Part shown: in pieces, positions 34,658 to 47,904 of the stretch | How the letters are laid out: the number at the start of each line of letters is the position of its first letter | Position numbering within the stretch: the first letter of the stretch is position 1 | Assembly (NCBI RefSeq): GCF_011745625.1 | Contig: NW_027191455.1 | Coordinates: 372,001-436,000, forward strand | Length of the DNA stretch: 64,000 bases | Direction of reading: 5' to 3' | Source: Cladosporium halotolerans | Taxonomy: Eukaryota | Made by a program: the position numbers and the translations under genes | Notes under the pieces: model-generated | Seen by the model: only the letters and a program-made list of their open reading frames with translations | Told to the model about the DNA's origin: nothing | The model's database searches: none

Positions 34658-35820
34658 GTTTGTATGTTGTATGTGGTGTTTCTATGGTAGAGAGCGGAGT
34701 GTGAGACGAAATGAGAGACTTATGTCGAGTGGGCGATGATCCACATAAACGGTATGCTGTAATGCGACAGTGGAAATAATAAGGCCTACCTGCTGAGGAG
34801 TACTAACCGTGGTGCCGAAGTGGTGTTGATTATCGACGAACCTCGGCTCCGAGGAAGCGAAAGGGTTCGTCAGCGGACGCAGCGCTGGCCATGTGATGCT
34901 GCCAAGACCTTTCCCCAAGCGTTCCCCGACCTGACCATCGGCGTTTGACAGATGCGGTGCTGTCTCCGTGCTTGGTTGGAGAAGTGCTGCGCAAACCTAC
35001 GACGAGTTGAGAGTTCTGTGAACGCATTGAAAAAGATGAAGGGCTGTTGATTGACTGAACTTTCAACATTTTTCCGGAGATGTACGTTATTAGGCTAGCT
35101 CCTGTAGTACGAAGGCTCTGTGTACGAACACCTTGCGGAAAAAGCAACGGGCGTACCATCCATTCGGCAACAGCGAGAAAATGGCACCCCAGTATCTTAC
35201 CTGCCCATATCTGACTGCAATAAGCAGTGCTATATCAGTGGCAACAATGTTGCCTTGGTCTACAGCGTCGCACAAAGCTAGTCAAGTGGCTCTGTGCGAT
35301 GCCGTGTCTCACATCACCTAATCCGGACTGTCACTGCCGTCCCTGTACTGCCATACTTGCCGGTGCGAGGTAGCGTGTGTGTCCTCCGTCGAACATTCTG
35401 TACCTTCCATGCCGTTGCCTCTACAAAGTCACGGTGTCGCGTACTACGAGCATTCGGGACGTTGCGGTGCTGGAAGTCGACTAGGTGAGTCGTACGGCCA
35501 CTTTCTGTGTCGACAGTAGGGAGCCTGGCATGCCGAATGCAACGAGGTGTTGGGGCAGATAAGCGTTCCACAGACTGCCTCTCGTATCCGGAATGTCTCT
35601 GTTGCGGTCAGTGGTGGCCAAATGCTGGAGGATGTCGCCGAGCGGCTTCGCCGTCTCAGCCTCGCTTGGACGCCGGCGCTCTCGGTGCGACCATCGTGAT
35701 GTGCGGTCGCCTCATCTTCGAAGAGGATATAAATGATTTACTCCCACCGCTCCAAAATCAAAATCAGCACACCTCCCAAACCCGACTCACCTTTTCCCGA
35801 GCTCGACTCCGACCGGCACA

Positions 35821-36326
35821 ATGGCCCTCCTTACGACCCTGTCCACCGTTGTAACGACCCTCACTCTTTTGCCAACGACAGCCACTATCCTGCCCGCCCC
35901 ACACTCCTCCGCTCCTGCTTCCGGCCTTCTCACGACTAATGTGATCTACCACCAAGGCGTAATGAATTCCAACGGCACGAGCAGTGCCGGAACATGCGAA
36001 GGGATGCAGGTTGCGGCCGGAAATCTGACGGCGGGCTACTGCGTGGGCCTGCACACGTTCGGGATCTCGCTCTCTAGGCTGGAGAGCGTCGAGTGCGCAT
36101 TCAGGCTGTTCAAGGGCAGCGCGACATGCGGTGTCGACGCGAATGAGATCGTGAGTCTTTTTTTCAGCTGAGATCCCGTTGCAGATAACTGAGTTGCTGA
36201 CGGAGACGGCGGTGGTGACAGACGAACGTGCCGATGCCGAGCGGAGACGGGCAGGTCTGCATTGTTACTGGGGTTGAGGATGGTGGGATGTTCACCAAGG
36301 CGAGTGGGTTCTGGGTATGCGGGTGA
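35821..36326 (+). CDS. Small secreted cysteine-rich protein (144 aa, 6 Cys)
   Basis: Hydrophobic N-terminus MALLTTLSTVVTTLTLLPTTAT. Intron 36151-36221 (GTGAGT...GCTGAC...CAG) gives in-frame exon 2 TNVPMPSGDGQVCIVTGVEDGGMFTKASGFWVCG*. Confidence 0.75.
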
Positions 36327-37811
36327 GAGATTGCGGTTGGAGGCGGGAGGCGGCGAGAGTGGTAATGGCCGGAGGATGGCGATGCTTGCTCGGGGGTACT
36401 TGTGCGGATGTACCTGCGTGGGGGAGAATGCTTGCTTGACGATCCTTGCGAAGAGGTAGATGTTTTCAAAGCGGTTCTTGCTTCATGATCGGCTCGGGAC
36501 GCGTGTGTCTTTAAAACGAGCGGGTGTTTGTGTGCGTACGTGTCTACGGTAGACAGACCGGAGCTACCTGTACCTTCAGTTTTGAGTTCGCGGTGATTTT
36601 ATCGGAGACGGGCGATCAGGGTTCAGTCGTCTTTACCCTGCGTATACGCGTGCCGAGCTATTCTGCGCGCCTGCGGATGAATGCGCCTCGACGCATCCGA
36701 CATTTCCATGGGCCGCGCGCGTGCATGTCCGTGGCGGCAAGACAGGTGTTCCAGACAGTCCCAGTCACACGAGCAGGCCACCCGGCAGGCCGTTGACATG
36801 AGGTCGGCCCCAGCGTGCACGAGTCGCGCAGGATTCGCGGGCGCGAGGGCAGAAGGGCCGATTGCGCAGGCAATTAGAATGTGGAGGGCAGATGGTGGTG
36901 GGCGTTGCCGCGTTGGTGGGCGCTGCCGCCTCCTCGTCTCTCCACAGCGATGAAATTGACTTGCGGACAGGGCGGGGCGGCGGCGTGGAGAGAGCTGCAG
37001 GTGGCCAGTTGAGCTGTCTGGCGAGCTTAGCGAGCAGCTGCCCAGCTGTATTTTTTGTGCCTTGCGCCTGCTCGCACTCTGCGGTATATCCATTCCTGCT
37101 GTTCATTGCATGCTGCTGAATGCGATATATCGCCACCCTCGCCGCTCGACACATCTGCACTCGGCAATCCGCACCAAGCCGCGCGCGCGGATCTGTTGGG
37201 CGGACTACGGTCGCTTGTCGTCTGGCCTGACTAGCTCCAAACTCAACGTCACCTCTCCCCGTGCACGCCGGGGCCGAGCCTCCATCCACAGGCGCTCGGG
37301 CGCGACTCTGTCTCTCTGCCAGCCTCCCATCGCATGCTCTTGCCGGCCGCCCGATCGATCGCCTTTTGCTTTTCCGCTCTCCTGCGAACCGCTGTTGTCT
37401 TCCTCTCCTCACACCACATCCTCGAGCGTGCACGGCGTTTCCAGTTGGTCGTGGGAACAGCGCCGCATCCTTAACCCATCCCAGTCCCCGGTGCTGCCAC
37501 CAACCCCGCCCTTCCATTGAAGCTCCCGCCGTTGCGCCCACGTGAAAAGGTAATAGTGCCAGCCAACAGCGTCATGCTGCGTCTCCGCAGCTCGCTCCTC
37601 CTCCTGCACCAACCCCACGTCGCCGCCCACTGATCGGCCGCTCCACGACACACCGATGTGCGCACCCACTGACCTTCAAGTAGCCCCTGCCCGGCCCAGC
37701 TCGTCTGCCAATTGAAGGACTGCCGCCCTCCCGCACCCACACCTTCACCTCCACCTCTCCCAGCAGCATTCTCCCTCGTCCCGACCACCTGCTGCACATC
37801 CATCCTCCGCA

Positions 37812-40132
37812 ATGTCACAAGCACCGCGCCGAGACGTGCGCAACCACGTCCTCTTCGAGGTTGCTACCGAAGTTGCCAACCGCGTCGGTGGCATCTACTC
37901 CGTCCTCAAGTCCAAGGCTCAGGTCACCACCGCCGAATATGGCTCCAACTACACCATGCTTGGCCCGCTTAACCGCGCTTCTGCCGCGGTAGAAGTTGAA
38001 GAGATCGTACCCAAGGACCAGGCTATGGTGGCTACCATCAAGTCTATGAACGACCGAGGCATCAAGACACTCTACGGCCGCTGGCTGATCGATGGCGCGC
38101 CTCGCGTGCTGCTGTTCGACACCGGCACCGGCTACTACAAGCTCGATGAGTGGAAGGGTGACTTGTGGTCCACTGCTGGCATTCCCAGCCCTCCGGATGA
38201 CCATGAAACTAACGAAGCTATCGTCTTCGGCTATCTGATTGCATGGTTCCTGGGCGAGGTGAGCCGATGAGCCTGTATGATCCACGACGGTTCAATTGCT
38301 GACAAAATTACAGTATGTCTACCACGAGAAGGAGCGGGCTGTTATTGCACAATTCCACGAGTGGCTTTCTGGTGTTGCTCTCCCCTTGTGTAAGAAGCGC
38401 AAGATCGACGTGACCACCATCTTCACCACCCACGCTACCCTCCTCGGCCGCTACCTCTGCGCTGGCTCCGTCGATTTCTACAACAACCTGCAATACTTCG
38501 ATGTGGACGCAGAGGCTGGCAAGAGAGGCATTTACCACCGTTATTGCATAGAGCGTGGTGCGGCACACGCGGCAGATGTCTTCACCACCGTCTCTCACAT
38601 CACTGCGTACGAAAGCGAGCACCTGCTCAAGCGTAAGCCTGACGGTGTCTTGCCCAACGGTCTGAACGTGAAGAAATTCAGCGCTACCCACGAGTTCCAG
38701 AACCTTCACCAGACCAACAAGGAGCGCATCAACGATTTCGTCCGCGGCCACTTCTATGGACACAACGATTTTGACCCGGACAAGACTCTCTACTTCTTCA
38801 CTGCTGGACGTTATGAGTACAGAAATAAGGGTGTGGATATGTTTATCGAGTCTTTGGCTCGTCTGAACCACCGCATGAAGTCGTCCGGCTCCGACATGAC
38901 TGTCGTTGCCTTCATCATCATGCCTGCTCAAACGACTTCGCTTGCTGTGGAGGCACTGAAGGGTCAGGCCGTGATTAAGAGCTTGCACGATACTGTTGGA
39001 CACATTGAGCGCAATATTGGCAAGAAGCTGTTCGAGAGATCGCTCGCGTGGAGGGATGGCCAGCCTCCGCCCGACGACAAGGATCTCTTGTCGGCCCAGG
39101 ATAAGGTTATGCTCCGCCGCCGTCTTTTTGCCATGAAGCGCATGAATCTCCCTCCCATCGTCACACACAACATGGTCAACGACTCGGAAGACCCTATCCT
39201 CAACCAGATCCGCCGCTGCCAGCTTTTCAACCAGCCCTCAGATCGCGTCAAGGTCGTCTTCCACCCCGAGTTCCTCAACTCCGCCAACCCCGTCCTTCCC
39301 ATAGACTACGACGACTTCGTCCGTGGCACGCATATGGGCATCTTCAGCTCCTACTACGAACCCTGGGGCTACACACCCGCCGAGTGCACAGTCATGGGTG
39401 TGCCTTCGATCACCACCAACCTGTCTGGTTTCGGCTGCTACATGGAGGAATTGATCGAGAACGCGCAAGACTACGGCATCTACATCGTGGATCGCAGGCT
39501 CAAGGGCGTCGACGACAGCGTCAACCAGCTGACTGAGTACATGTTCGACTTCACCCGCAAGAGCAAGCGCCAGCGTATCAATCAGCGTAACCGCACGGAG
39601 AGACTTAGCGACCTCCTCGACTGGAAGCGCATGGGAATGGAGTACGTCAAGGCGAGGCAACTGGCTCTCAGGAGAGGTAAGTCTCTACAAAAAACCACAA
39701 ATTCTTCATTTCATCGCACCAATACTAACAACCCCCCGCGCAGCATACCCCGACTCCTTCTCTACAACCGACGACGAACCCTCCTTCTTCGACGCCCCCG
39801 ACGCCAAGATCTCCCGCCCTCTCTCCGCCCCAGGCTCCCCCCGCGAGCGCTCCGGCATGATGACGCCGGGCGACTTCGCCTCGCTCCAAGAAGGCCGCGA
39901 GGGCCTCAGCACCGAGGACTACATCGCCTGGAAGCTGCCCGAGGAGGAGGAAGAGGCCGACTACCCGTTCCCGCTCACGCTCAAGCCCAAGAACCGCGGC
40001 GCCGAGTTCGCGAACAGCGGTGCCAGCACGCCGCAGTTGCCGCCGAGCGCGGGCGCGGCGGCGCATGGGGGACAGCCGACAACGGCGGTTAATGGGGATA
40101 AGATTGGTGGGGTGGGCGCGATGCAGTTTTGA
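37812..40132 (+). CDS. GSY1: Glycogen synthase (GT3)
   Basis: [76 protein letters not shown]. Introns 38259-38313 and 39677-39743; regulatory tail [10 protein letters not shown]. Confidence 0.97.
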
Positions 40133-41007
40133 GGGATGGAGGGGATCGGGAGCTGAGGGGGAGTGAGGGGATGGTGGAGGTGTAGCTTTTTATGTGCGCA
40201 ATCTTTTGTTTATTACGGGCGATAATTTTAGGAAAGGCTGGGAAAGGATGAGTTTCCACAGCAGTGTACAAATTGTTCTGGTCGCTTGTTTGACACTGCA
40301 GCTGTTCCTCTCTTGGCTTTCGTCACTTCCGTCTCCTGCGACCCCAAGATCGTCTTAATTACATTGGTGATACGAATGAGAGAGCGTTCATAAGGTACCT
40401 TAGGCGGCTATACCGTCGAAGCAGACGGATGCGGACGGCGTCCCTCCGCGCAGCTTTGAGAGCATCCGGCTCGCTTCGTCTTCATGCCGCCACTCCGGAC
40501 GACTCGACGACACCTCCTACCCATTGTTCCAAAGAGCGCTCCTCAGGAACCCGTGTCTACCAAACCAAGCTGTAAAGCCACCGCCGTATCCTCTGTGAGA
40601 ACTTCAAAAGACATCAACATCAAAGCCTGGCCACTCCAACCAAATACAGCACCACCAGCCGCCGTCCCGCCCAGCCGCATAGCGCAAGAATCGAAGCGAC
40701 CGCCTCCGCGCCGGAAACGCAGTGTCCGGACAGCTGAGCGCTCGCAATATATCTCTTTTAGCAGTCTCAACTGCGGCGGGCACTATGCGGCCCTTTCGCT
40801 ACCCTCCGCCGATGCGTTTCCCTCCGGCTGCTTTGAGACTCTGCCGCCTTGGCCATAGGTTGGAAGGAAACTGGGCGCTGCGCGATGATGCTGAAAGCCG
40901 AGTGACCGTTCGGTTGTGAGCTATGGAAGACGTATAAAGAGTGCCTGCCGAAGGCCAGGCAGGTGGCGATTTTTGAATCGTTTCTGTATGATTGTAGGTA
41001 GGCCAAG

Positions 41008-43888
41008 ATGAAGTCTGTCGCTCTGCTCTTGATTGTGGCTGGCCAGGCCTTCGCGCAGCAGACTGCTTGGGGTCAATGTGAGTACACGGACTGGACGAGA
41101 TTCAATCGATAAGAACGAGCTGACGTTCGAAGGCGGTGGGATCAGCTGGGGTGGCGCGACGACTTGTGTTTCCGGTCAGTCTGATTGATCGAAACCACCG
41201 ACCTTGCTGATGTGAATTCCAGGATATACCTGCACCAAGCTCAACGACCACTACTTCCAATGCATCCCGGGCTCGGCATCCACGACCACCACCAGTCGAA
41301 CTAGCAGCAGTACTACGACAAGCGTGCGGACTACTTCGGCTTCTTCGACCACAAGGACGACTTCGTCTTCGACTCGCACCTCAAGCACTACCTCCTCTTC
41401 CTCATCCCCGTCGGGATCCGGAACCGTCGATCCTTCCTGGGCAGCAGCCTACACGAAAGCCAAAGCCGCTCTGGCGAAGCTGAACAACAACGACAAAGTC
41501 AAGATCGTCACCGGTGTTGGCTGGGGCAACGGGCCGTGTGTGGGCAACACCGGCGCTGTGTCGAGTATTGGGTACCCGTCGCTTTGTCTGCAGGATGGCC
41601 CGCTTGGGTGAGTGCTGTTTCTTGCAAATGAAAGTTCCGGCCACTGACAATGGTAGTCTGCGTTACGTGAAAGGCGTCACTGCGTTCCCGGCTGGCGTGC
41701 ATGTGGCGTCTACTTGGGATCCTTCGCTCATATATGCGAGAGGCAATGCTATGGGCGCCGAGGCGAAGGGTGTTGGTGTTCATGTCCAATTGGCACCTGT
41801 GGCTGGTGAGTGGTTGAGTCAATCACGGCATTATAGGTTGACCACTGACAAGTGACCAGGTGCCTTGGGTAAAATACCAAATGGTGGCCGCAACTGGGAA
41901 GGCTTTGCCGCGGACCCCTACCTCACCGGCGTCGCGATGACCAACGCCATCAAAGGAATGCAAGACGCCGGCGTGCAGGCGTGCGCTAAGCACTACATCG
42001 GCAACGAGCAGGAGCGCAACCGCGAGACGATGAGCAGCAACATCGATGACAGGACACTGCACGAGCTGTACCTGTGGCCGTTCTCGGACTCGGTCAAAGC
42101 TGGCGTTGCATCCTTCATGTGCTCGTACAATAAGATCAACAACACTTGGGCGTGCGAAAACGATAAGCTGATCAACGGGGTTCTGAAAAAAGAGCTGAAC
42201 TTTGAGGGCTATATGATGAGCGACTGGAACGCGCAGCACACTACCAATGGCGCTGCGAACGCGGGCATGGACATGTCGATGCCTGGCACGGATTTCAGCG
42301 GGAACAATCTGCTCTGGGGTCAAAATCTCCTCAACTCCATCTCGAGTGGTGCCGTTCCTCAGTCTCGACTGGACGACATGGTGACTCGCATTCTGGCAGC
42401 GTGGTATAAGCTGGGCCAAGACTCGAGCTACCCGCCCGTGACCTGGTCGAGCTGGAACGGCGGAACTGGTGCACCGAATGTTGCCGGCAACCACGGTACG
42501 CTTGCGAGGCAGATCGCTCGAGACGGTATTGTGTTGTTGAAGAACAACAATAAGGCTCTGCCTTTGTCGAAGCCGGCTAGTCTTGCTTTGATTGGACAGT
42601 CTGCTATTGTCAACCCTGCTGGCGCCAACGCTTGTGTTGATCGAGGATGCAATACTGGACATCTTGCTCAAGGGTGAGTTGGCTTCTCACTTTGAAAGCA
42701 TTGCGCTTATGACTAACGGAATCTTCTACACCAGATGGGGCTCCGGAACAGTCGAATACCCCTACCTCGTCGCACCAGCAGATGCCATCAAGACGCAAGC
42801 TTCCAAAGACGGCACGAGGATCGTTAGCTCGACAACTGACAGTACTTCTGCTGGTGCCTCAGCCGCTGCGCAAGCTGACACCGCCATCGTTTTCATCACT
42901 GCCGATAGTGGTGAGGGCTACATTACTGTCGAAGGCAATGCTGGCGATAGGAACAATCTTGATCCGTGGCACTCTGGGTAAGCCCCGGTTATTGATTGTC
43001 GAGGTCGAGACGCATCAAAGCTGACATCGTATAGTAACGACCTTGTCAAAGCGGTCGCAGCCGTCAACAAGAATACCATTGTTGTCGTGAACAGCGTTGG
43101 TCCGATCATCCTCGAGTCGATTCTGTCAAATGCAAACGTGCAGGCCATCGTTTGGGCCGGGTGAGTGTAGGCTCCAAAGAGGACGGAATGAACAGTCACT
43201 GATGAGCGCTCAACGTAGGCTCGCCGGCCAAGAATCCGGCAATGGCCTGGTCGACATCCTCTACGGATCCACGTCTCCCGGCGGAAAGTTGCCATACACC
43301 ATCGCTAAGCAAGCATCCGACTACGGCACATCCGTCGTCAGCGGCGACGACAACTTTTCAGAAGGCCTCTACATCGACTACAGGCATTTCGACAAAGCAG
43401 GCATCGCACCTAGATATGAGTTTGGTTACGGCCTGTGTAAGTCGGCTCGGTGTTTCTGCCCGATGAGACGCTCCACTGACATTTCCATAGCCTACACGAC
43501 CTTCGCCTACTCCACGCTGACAACCTCCTACACCGACAAATCCGCTGGCAGCACCGCGCCCGGCCCCGGCGGCGTCACAGGCCTCTTCGACACGGTTGCC
43601 ACCGTCACAGCAAGGATCGCAAACAACGGCACTGTGGCCGGCGCTGAGGTCGCACAACTATATATCGGCTTGCCGTCGAGCGCACCTGCTTCACCGCCTA
43701 AGCAGCTGCGCGGGTTTCAGAAACTGAATCTGGCTGCTGGGGCGTCGGGTACTGTGAAGTTCGATATCAGGAGGAAGGATCTGAGTTATTGGGATGTGGG
43801 TAGTCAGGCGTGGAAGGTGCCGTCGGGGACGTTTACTGTGTTTGTTGGTGCGAGTTCGAGGGATATTAGGTTGACGGGGTCGTTTTAG
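41008..43888 (+). CDS. Secreted GH3 beta-glucosidase with N-terminal CBM1 and Ser/Thr linker
   Basis: Signal MKSVALLLIVAGQAFA; spliced CBM1 [37 protein letters not shown]; S/T linker; LCLQDGPLG, GGRNWEGF, CAKHYIGNEQE, MSDW (nucleophile), FnIII-like end. 8 introns (~41079, 41175, 41608, 41806, 42674, 42977, 43161, 43437). Confidence 0.93.
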
Positions 43889-44550
43889 AAGGCCGAAGGT
43901 GGCCTTGGGCTGAGACTATTGTGCTGTTGAGACTCGGCAACGGGTATTGCAGATGTTCTCTTTGCATTTCAACAAAGTATCTAAGCCGCTGAAAGCAAAG
44001 AGACTGCGCTGATGATTACGACTCGGGAATACTTCTTTCTGTGCCTTTCCACCCGAGATCACGGTAGCGTTGGCAACTGGTTGTTGAAATCGAATCCACA
44101 CTATCAAGATGACGTCCAAAGGCTGACTGAAGTAAGATGCGCAAGGCACAATTACGGGATCCTTGAATGCCAGGGATACCATCTGATGTGCCCTGAAGAT
44201 TACCGCGTTTGGTTGCATGCGGCGCTCTGCTGCGGATTTGCCAAGCTGAAGGAGTGTGGCTTGCTTGTTACTTCTCCATCTACAACACATGTTGTTGCTG
44301 ACTTTGAAATTTTGCTGGATCGCCAAGGGTGCTCTGCAGCTGAAAATGACGTTTTTGCATAGCCACGGTATGTTGGCGGTCCATACATCTGGATACGGCT
44401 AAGATCAGGGCGAAGATAGTCAAGGGTGTCGACATTCTCTGCTATATAATTCATGGAAGGTTTATCTTTCCAGTATTCACAGAAACATCCATCCAACTGC
44501 AAAAAGATTCCATTTAATATCCCGATCTTCAACATCTCCTAACACTCGAC

Positions 44551-46450
44551 ATGTTGCGACCCGTCGGCCTCTTTCTGGCACTTGCAGCATCGCTTGCCAA
44601 CGCCGTTCCAACAGAAGATTGTCCAATCTCAGGTCCAGCATTCTCTTCGAACTTTGATCTTTGCAAGACTGATGCATTTCAAAATGCCATCGTTACAATG
44701 CCCAAAGAAATTGAGGCGCTTATGGCTGCAGGAAAGATCAGTAGCAATACAACAACGTTTTCTGTCGATGTCTTTTCTACCGTCACCAACCAATCGGTCT
44801 ACAGCTACAACTACATTGCACCCAGCCTGAATGGCACACTGTCTGCTGGAAAGCTTGATGACGAGAGCATCTATCGCATCGGAAGCGTTTCTAAACTATT
44901 TACTGCGTATGCACTCCTGAACATCGCCGGCATCGAGATATTCGACCATTCAGTCACACAGTACCTGCCAGAACTGGCGGGTAATACTGGCCCTGGTAAA
45001 ATCATCTGGGAAGATGTAACTATTGGAGCGCTTGCTTCACAACAAGCTGGTGTTGGTGGCATGCGTGAGTCGACTTGACACTAAATAAAGGAGCAATTCA
45101 TCTAACAATTACAGCCCCTGAGGTCACCACTTGCTTTCTAGAGCCTGAGCCTGAATGCTCTATCGTGGACAACGCAAGTAAGTACAGATCAAGTTCACGT
45201 GCTGAAGCCACGCTTACTGATCGTTGCCTGCGTTAGGCTTCCTTGATTTCATGCGTAACCAGAAACGCCCAGTGACCAAACCCTGGACGACCGCACTCTA
45301 CTCCGATGCCAGCTGGGGCATATTGGGTCGAGTTATCGAAAGGCTGACAGGTCAAGACTACGAGAGCGCTTTGTATGCAGCCTTGACCAAGCCTCTCGGG
45401 CTGAACAGTTCGACCGCAATCGAACCGTCTTCAGAAGGTCTCAACGCTGTTGTCATTCCATCGGTTGATGGTGCTGTCAGTGGCTGGGGATTGGACAACC
45501 CTATCTCGGCGCCGTAAGTTTCCTGCAAAAAATTCGTACATCAGAGCATTTCTGATCCATCGACCAGCTCGGGTGGGATCTATTCCAGCAACGCAGATCT
45601 TCGCAAACTCGGCCTTTCGATTCTCAACTCCGAGTTGCTCTCCCCTGCCACTACCCGCCAATGGCTCAAACCAAGAGGAAACACAGGCACTCTGACCACC
45701 CAGTTCGGTGCACCATGGGAGATCAACCGCCTCTCGATCCCTGTGTCTCCTAAATCGACACGTACCCGCGTCTCAGATCTCTACACGAAGCTCGGCGGTA
45801 ACCCTCAATACACCGCCGTCTTTGCGCTCTCGCCCGGCCACGGACTTGGCTACTCGATCTTACTGGCTGGACCGACCTCATCAACTGACCGGATCCCTCT
45901 CCGCGACATCGTGGGGACGGTCTTCGTGACCGCCGCCGAACATGCTGCTGTGGAGAACGCCGGACGCAATTTCGCTGGTACCTTTGTCGATGAATCTGCC
46001 CAAGGATCCAATCTATCTCTGACTATCGATGCTGAACGCCCTGGCTTGGGTATGCCAGCTCTCTACCTGAATGGTACTGAAAGCCGAAGCCTTCTCATGG
46101 GACCAGGGTTCTCAATCCCGCCTGCAAATTTGAGCGTCCGGCTGTACCCCACTGGGATCGAATGGAATGCTGCTGATTTGGCAGAAAGAAGCAACGTTGC
46201 CGTGGGTGGAGCCGATGCAAACGCTACGTACATGTCCTACAGGGCTTGGCCACGAACAATGCCGGAAGAGTTGCGCGCTGAAGTCGAGGAAGGCGAGGGA
46301 CTCTTTGACCATTGCATCAATGCTTTCACCACTGATTTCTACAACTTCGGTGGAACCGGTGTTGATGAATTTGTTTTGGAAGTTGTTGGCGGTAAGCTTG
46401 TGAGTGTGACGAGCATTCTGGGTGGATTGAAAATGCTGAGGATCGATTGA
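44551..46450 (+). CDS. Secreted beta-lactamase/transpeptidase-like serine hydrolase (alkaline D-peptidase-like)
   Basis: Signal peptide; IYRIGSVSKLFT (SxxK), LYSDASWGILG, SGGIYSS, LYTKLGG. Introns 45065-45114, 45178-45236, 45514-45567 keep the frame. Confidence 0.88.
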
Positions 46451-46856
46451 GCTTTTGCTTCTTCCAGTATCCATCACAGAAGAGTGTGCTTACATCATTG
46501 GCTTTTGATTGAGGATATGTCTATACCCTCGTTCTCACAAAGCATATCGCTCAGAGAATATGAATCGAGGCCTCAATTTTCAACATTGAGGAAGCCAGCA
46601 TAGCACTATGCGCAAAGGCATGTTTACAACATTCACAAGTCAAACAGGAGACCTAATGACGAATCATGAGAGCTGGACCTTTCTTCAAGATCATTGGCGG
46701 AAGACCATGTCTCGCCAAACTCATTGCGGAATACTTCGTCTCGGAGAATCCCTTCCTCGATCCCACGATTCTGCTTCCGATTCGAAACGCTGTCACTGCC
46801 GAAATTCCTAGAGCTTGTGAAAGTCCTCCAGGTTAGTGTACAAGTTTCCCATGCTT

Positions 46857-47556
46857 TCAAGACACCGAACGTTTCAGCTTTTCACCAATTTGCCTTTTTT
46901 GATTGTCTTTGAGTCCAACACTGCGGCTCAGCTGTTGAGAGGTGGCCATTTGAGTAAGATACTCGAGCATCAAGTCTTTGCTGCAGCAATGCTGATGGCT
47001 TTTCAAGCTCTTGACCATCTTGGTAAGGGTGAGGTTGGATATCATCTCAAGAATCAGCGTGCGTAATGGGGAGTCGTCGGGTGTAGAGGACCAAACAAGC
47101 TCAAAAGCGTGTAGGCCTAGGGCTACTTTGTCGTTTATCCACCTTGAGATTGCACGGTCGATGACCGCATTGCAGAACTTTTGGTCACCAAGATAATCTC
47201 CCAAGATGTAGAGCCGGCAAATCTGAAACCCTACATCCGGCTTGCTGGCGAATGTGATTTCACTGGTGTAAAGCCACTGCAGATAGCCTTCGAAGCAGCC
47301 TTCATCGTGCTCAGATAACTCTACCCGGCTTGTGCAGCCTTCTTTCCAGCATTTGGCCAGAGCAGCCTGGAAGTACTTCGAAGAACGAGTCGCTATGTTC
47401 TTGTGGACGGTGAACTCTTTTTCTGTTGGCCCAACTGAGACGGTGAAAGTCTCTGTCATATTGAGACTACTATCGTTAGCTATGCATGACGCTAGGTGCA
47501 GCCAGATTCTAGATGCTGTATGCATACCGTTGGCGCTTAGTATGCGGTTCTGCCAT
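46857..47556 (-). CDS. BTB/POZ domain protein (copy 1)
   Basis: MAEPHTKRQR | intron ~47467-47527 | LNMTETFTVSVGPTEKEFTVHKNIATRSSKYFQAAL...FEGYLQWLYT...LYILGDYLGDQKFCNAVID. Confidence 0.88.
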
Positions 47557-47904
47557 CGTTATCAATATCGATTCAAGTCTGTTCAGATCTTCGACGAGGA
47601 GTTGAGGTAAAATTGAGATAAAGATGAGTGGCGGCTTGAGAAGCGAGTGAAACTTTAATTACACTTGTTGCAAGCCATGTGAATGATGAAGTAAATTGTG
47701 TCACATGAACACTCCTTTGTCACGTGAAGGTTTCATTAGACACTAGGAGCAGTTACAGAATGCTTGCATGCTGGTCCTGAAAGGCAGGTGATAACGCTAG
47801 AATACACCATGGTGCTGTCGCTCCCGAAAGACAGTTCTTTGATCGAGCAATCACTCATGATCTCCAAAAGATCATCGCTAGACATACCACTAATACCACC
47901 AGCA

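Noticed and set aside
37550..37683. Possible 5' UTR intron of glycogen synthase (GTAATA...CTGAC...TAG)
   Set aside because: Plausible, but the donor is weak and it cannot be supported without transcripts.
43916..44535. Short ORFs between the GH3 and beta-lactamase-like genes
   Set aside because: No recognisable motifs or splice structure; probably terminator/promoter DNA.
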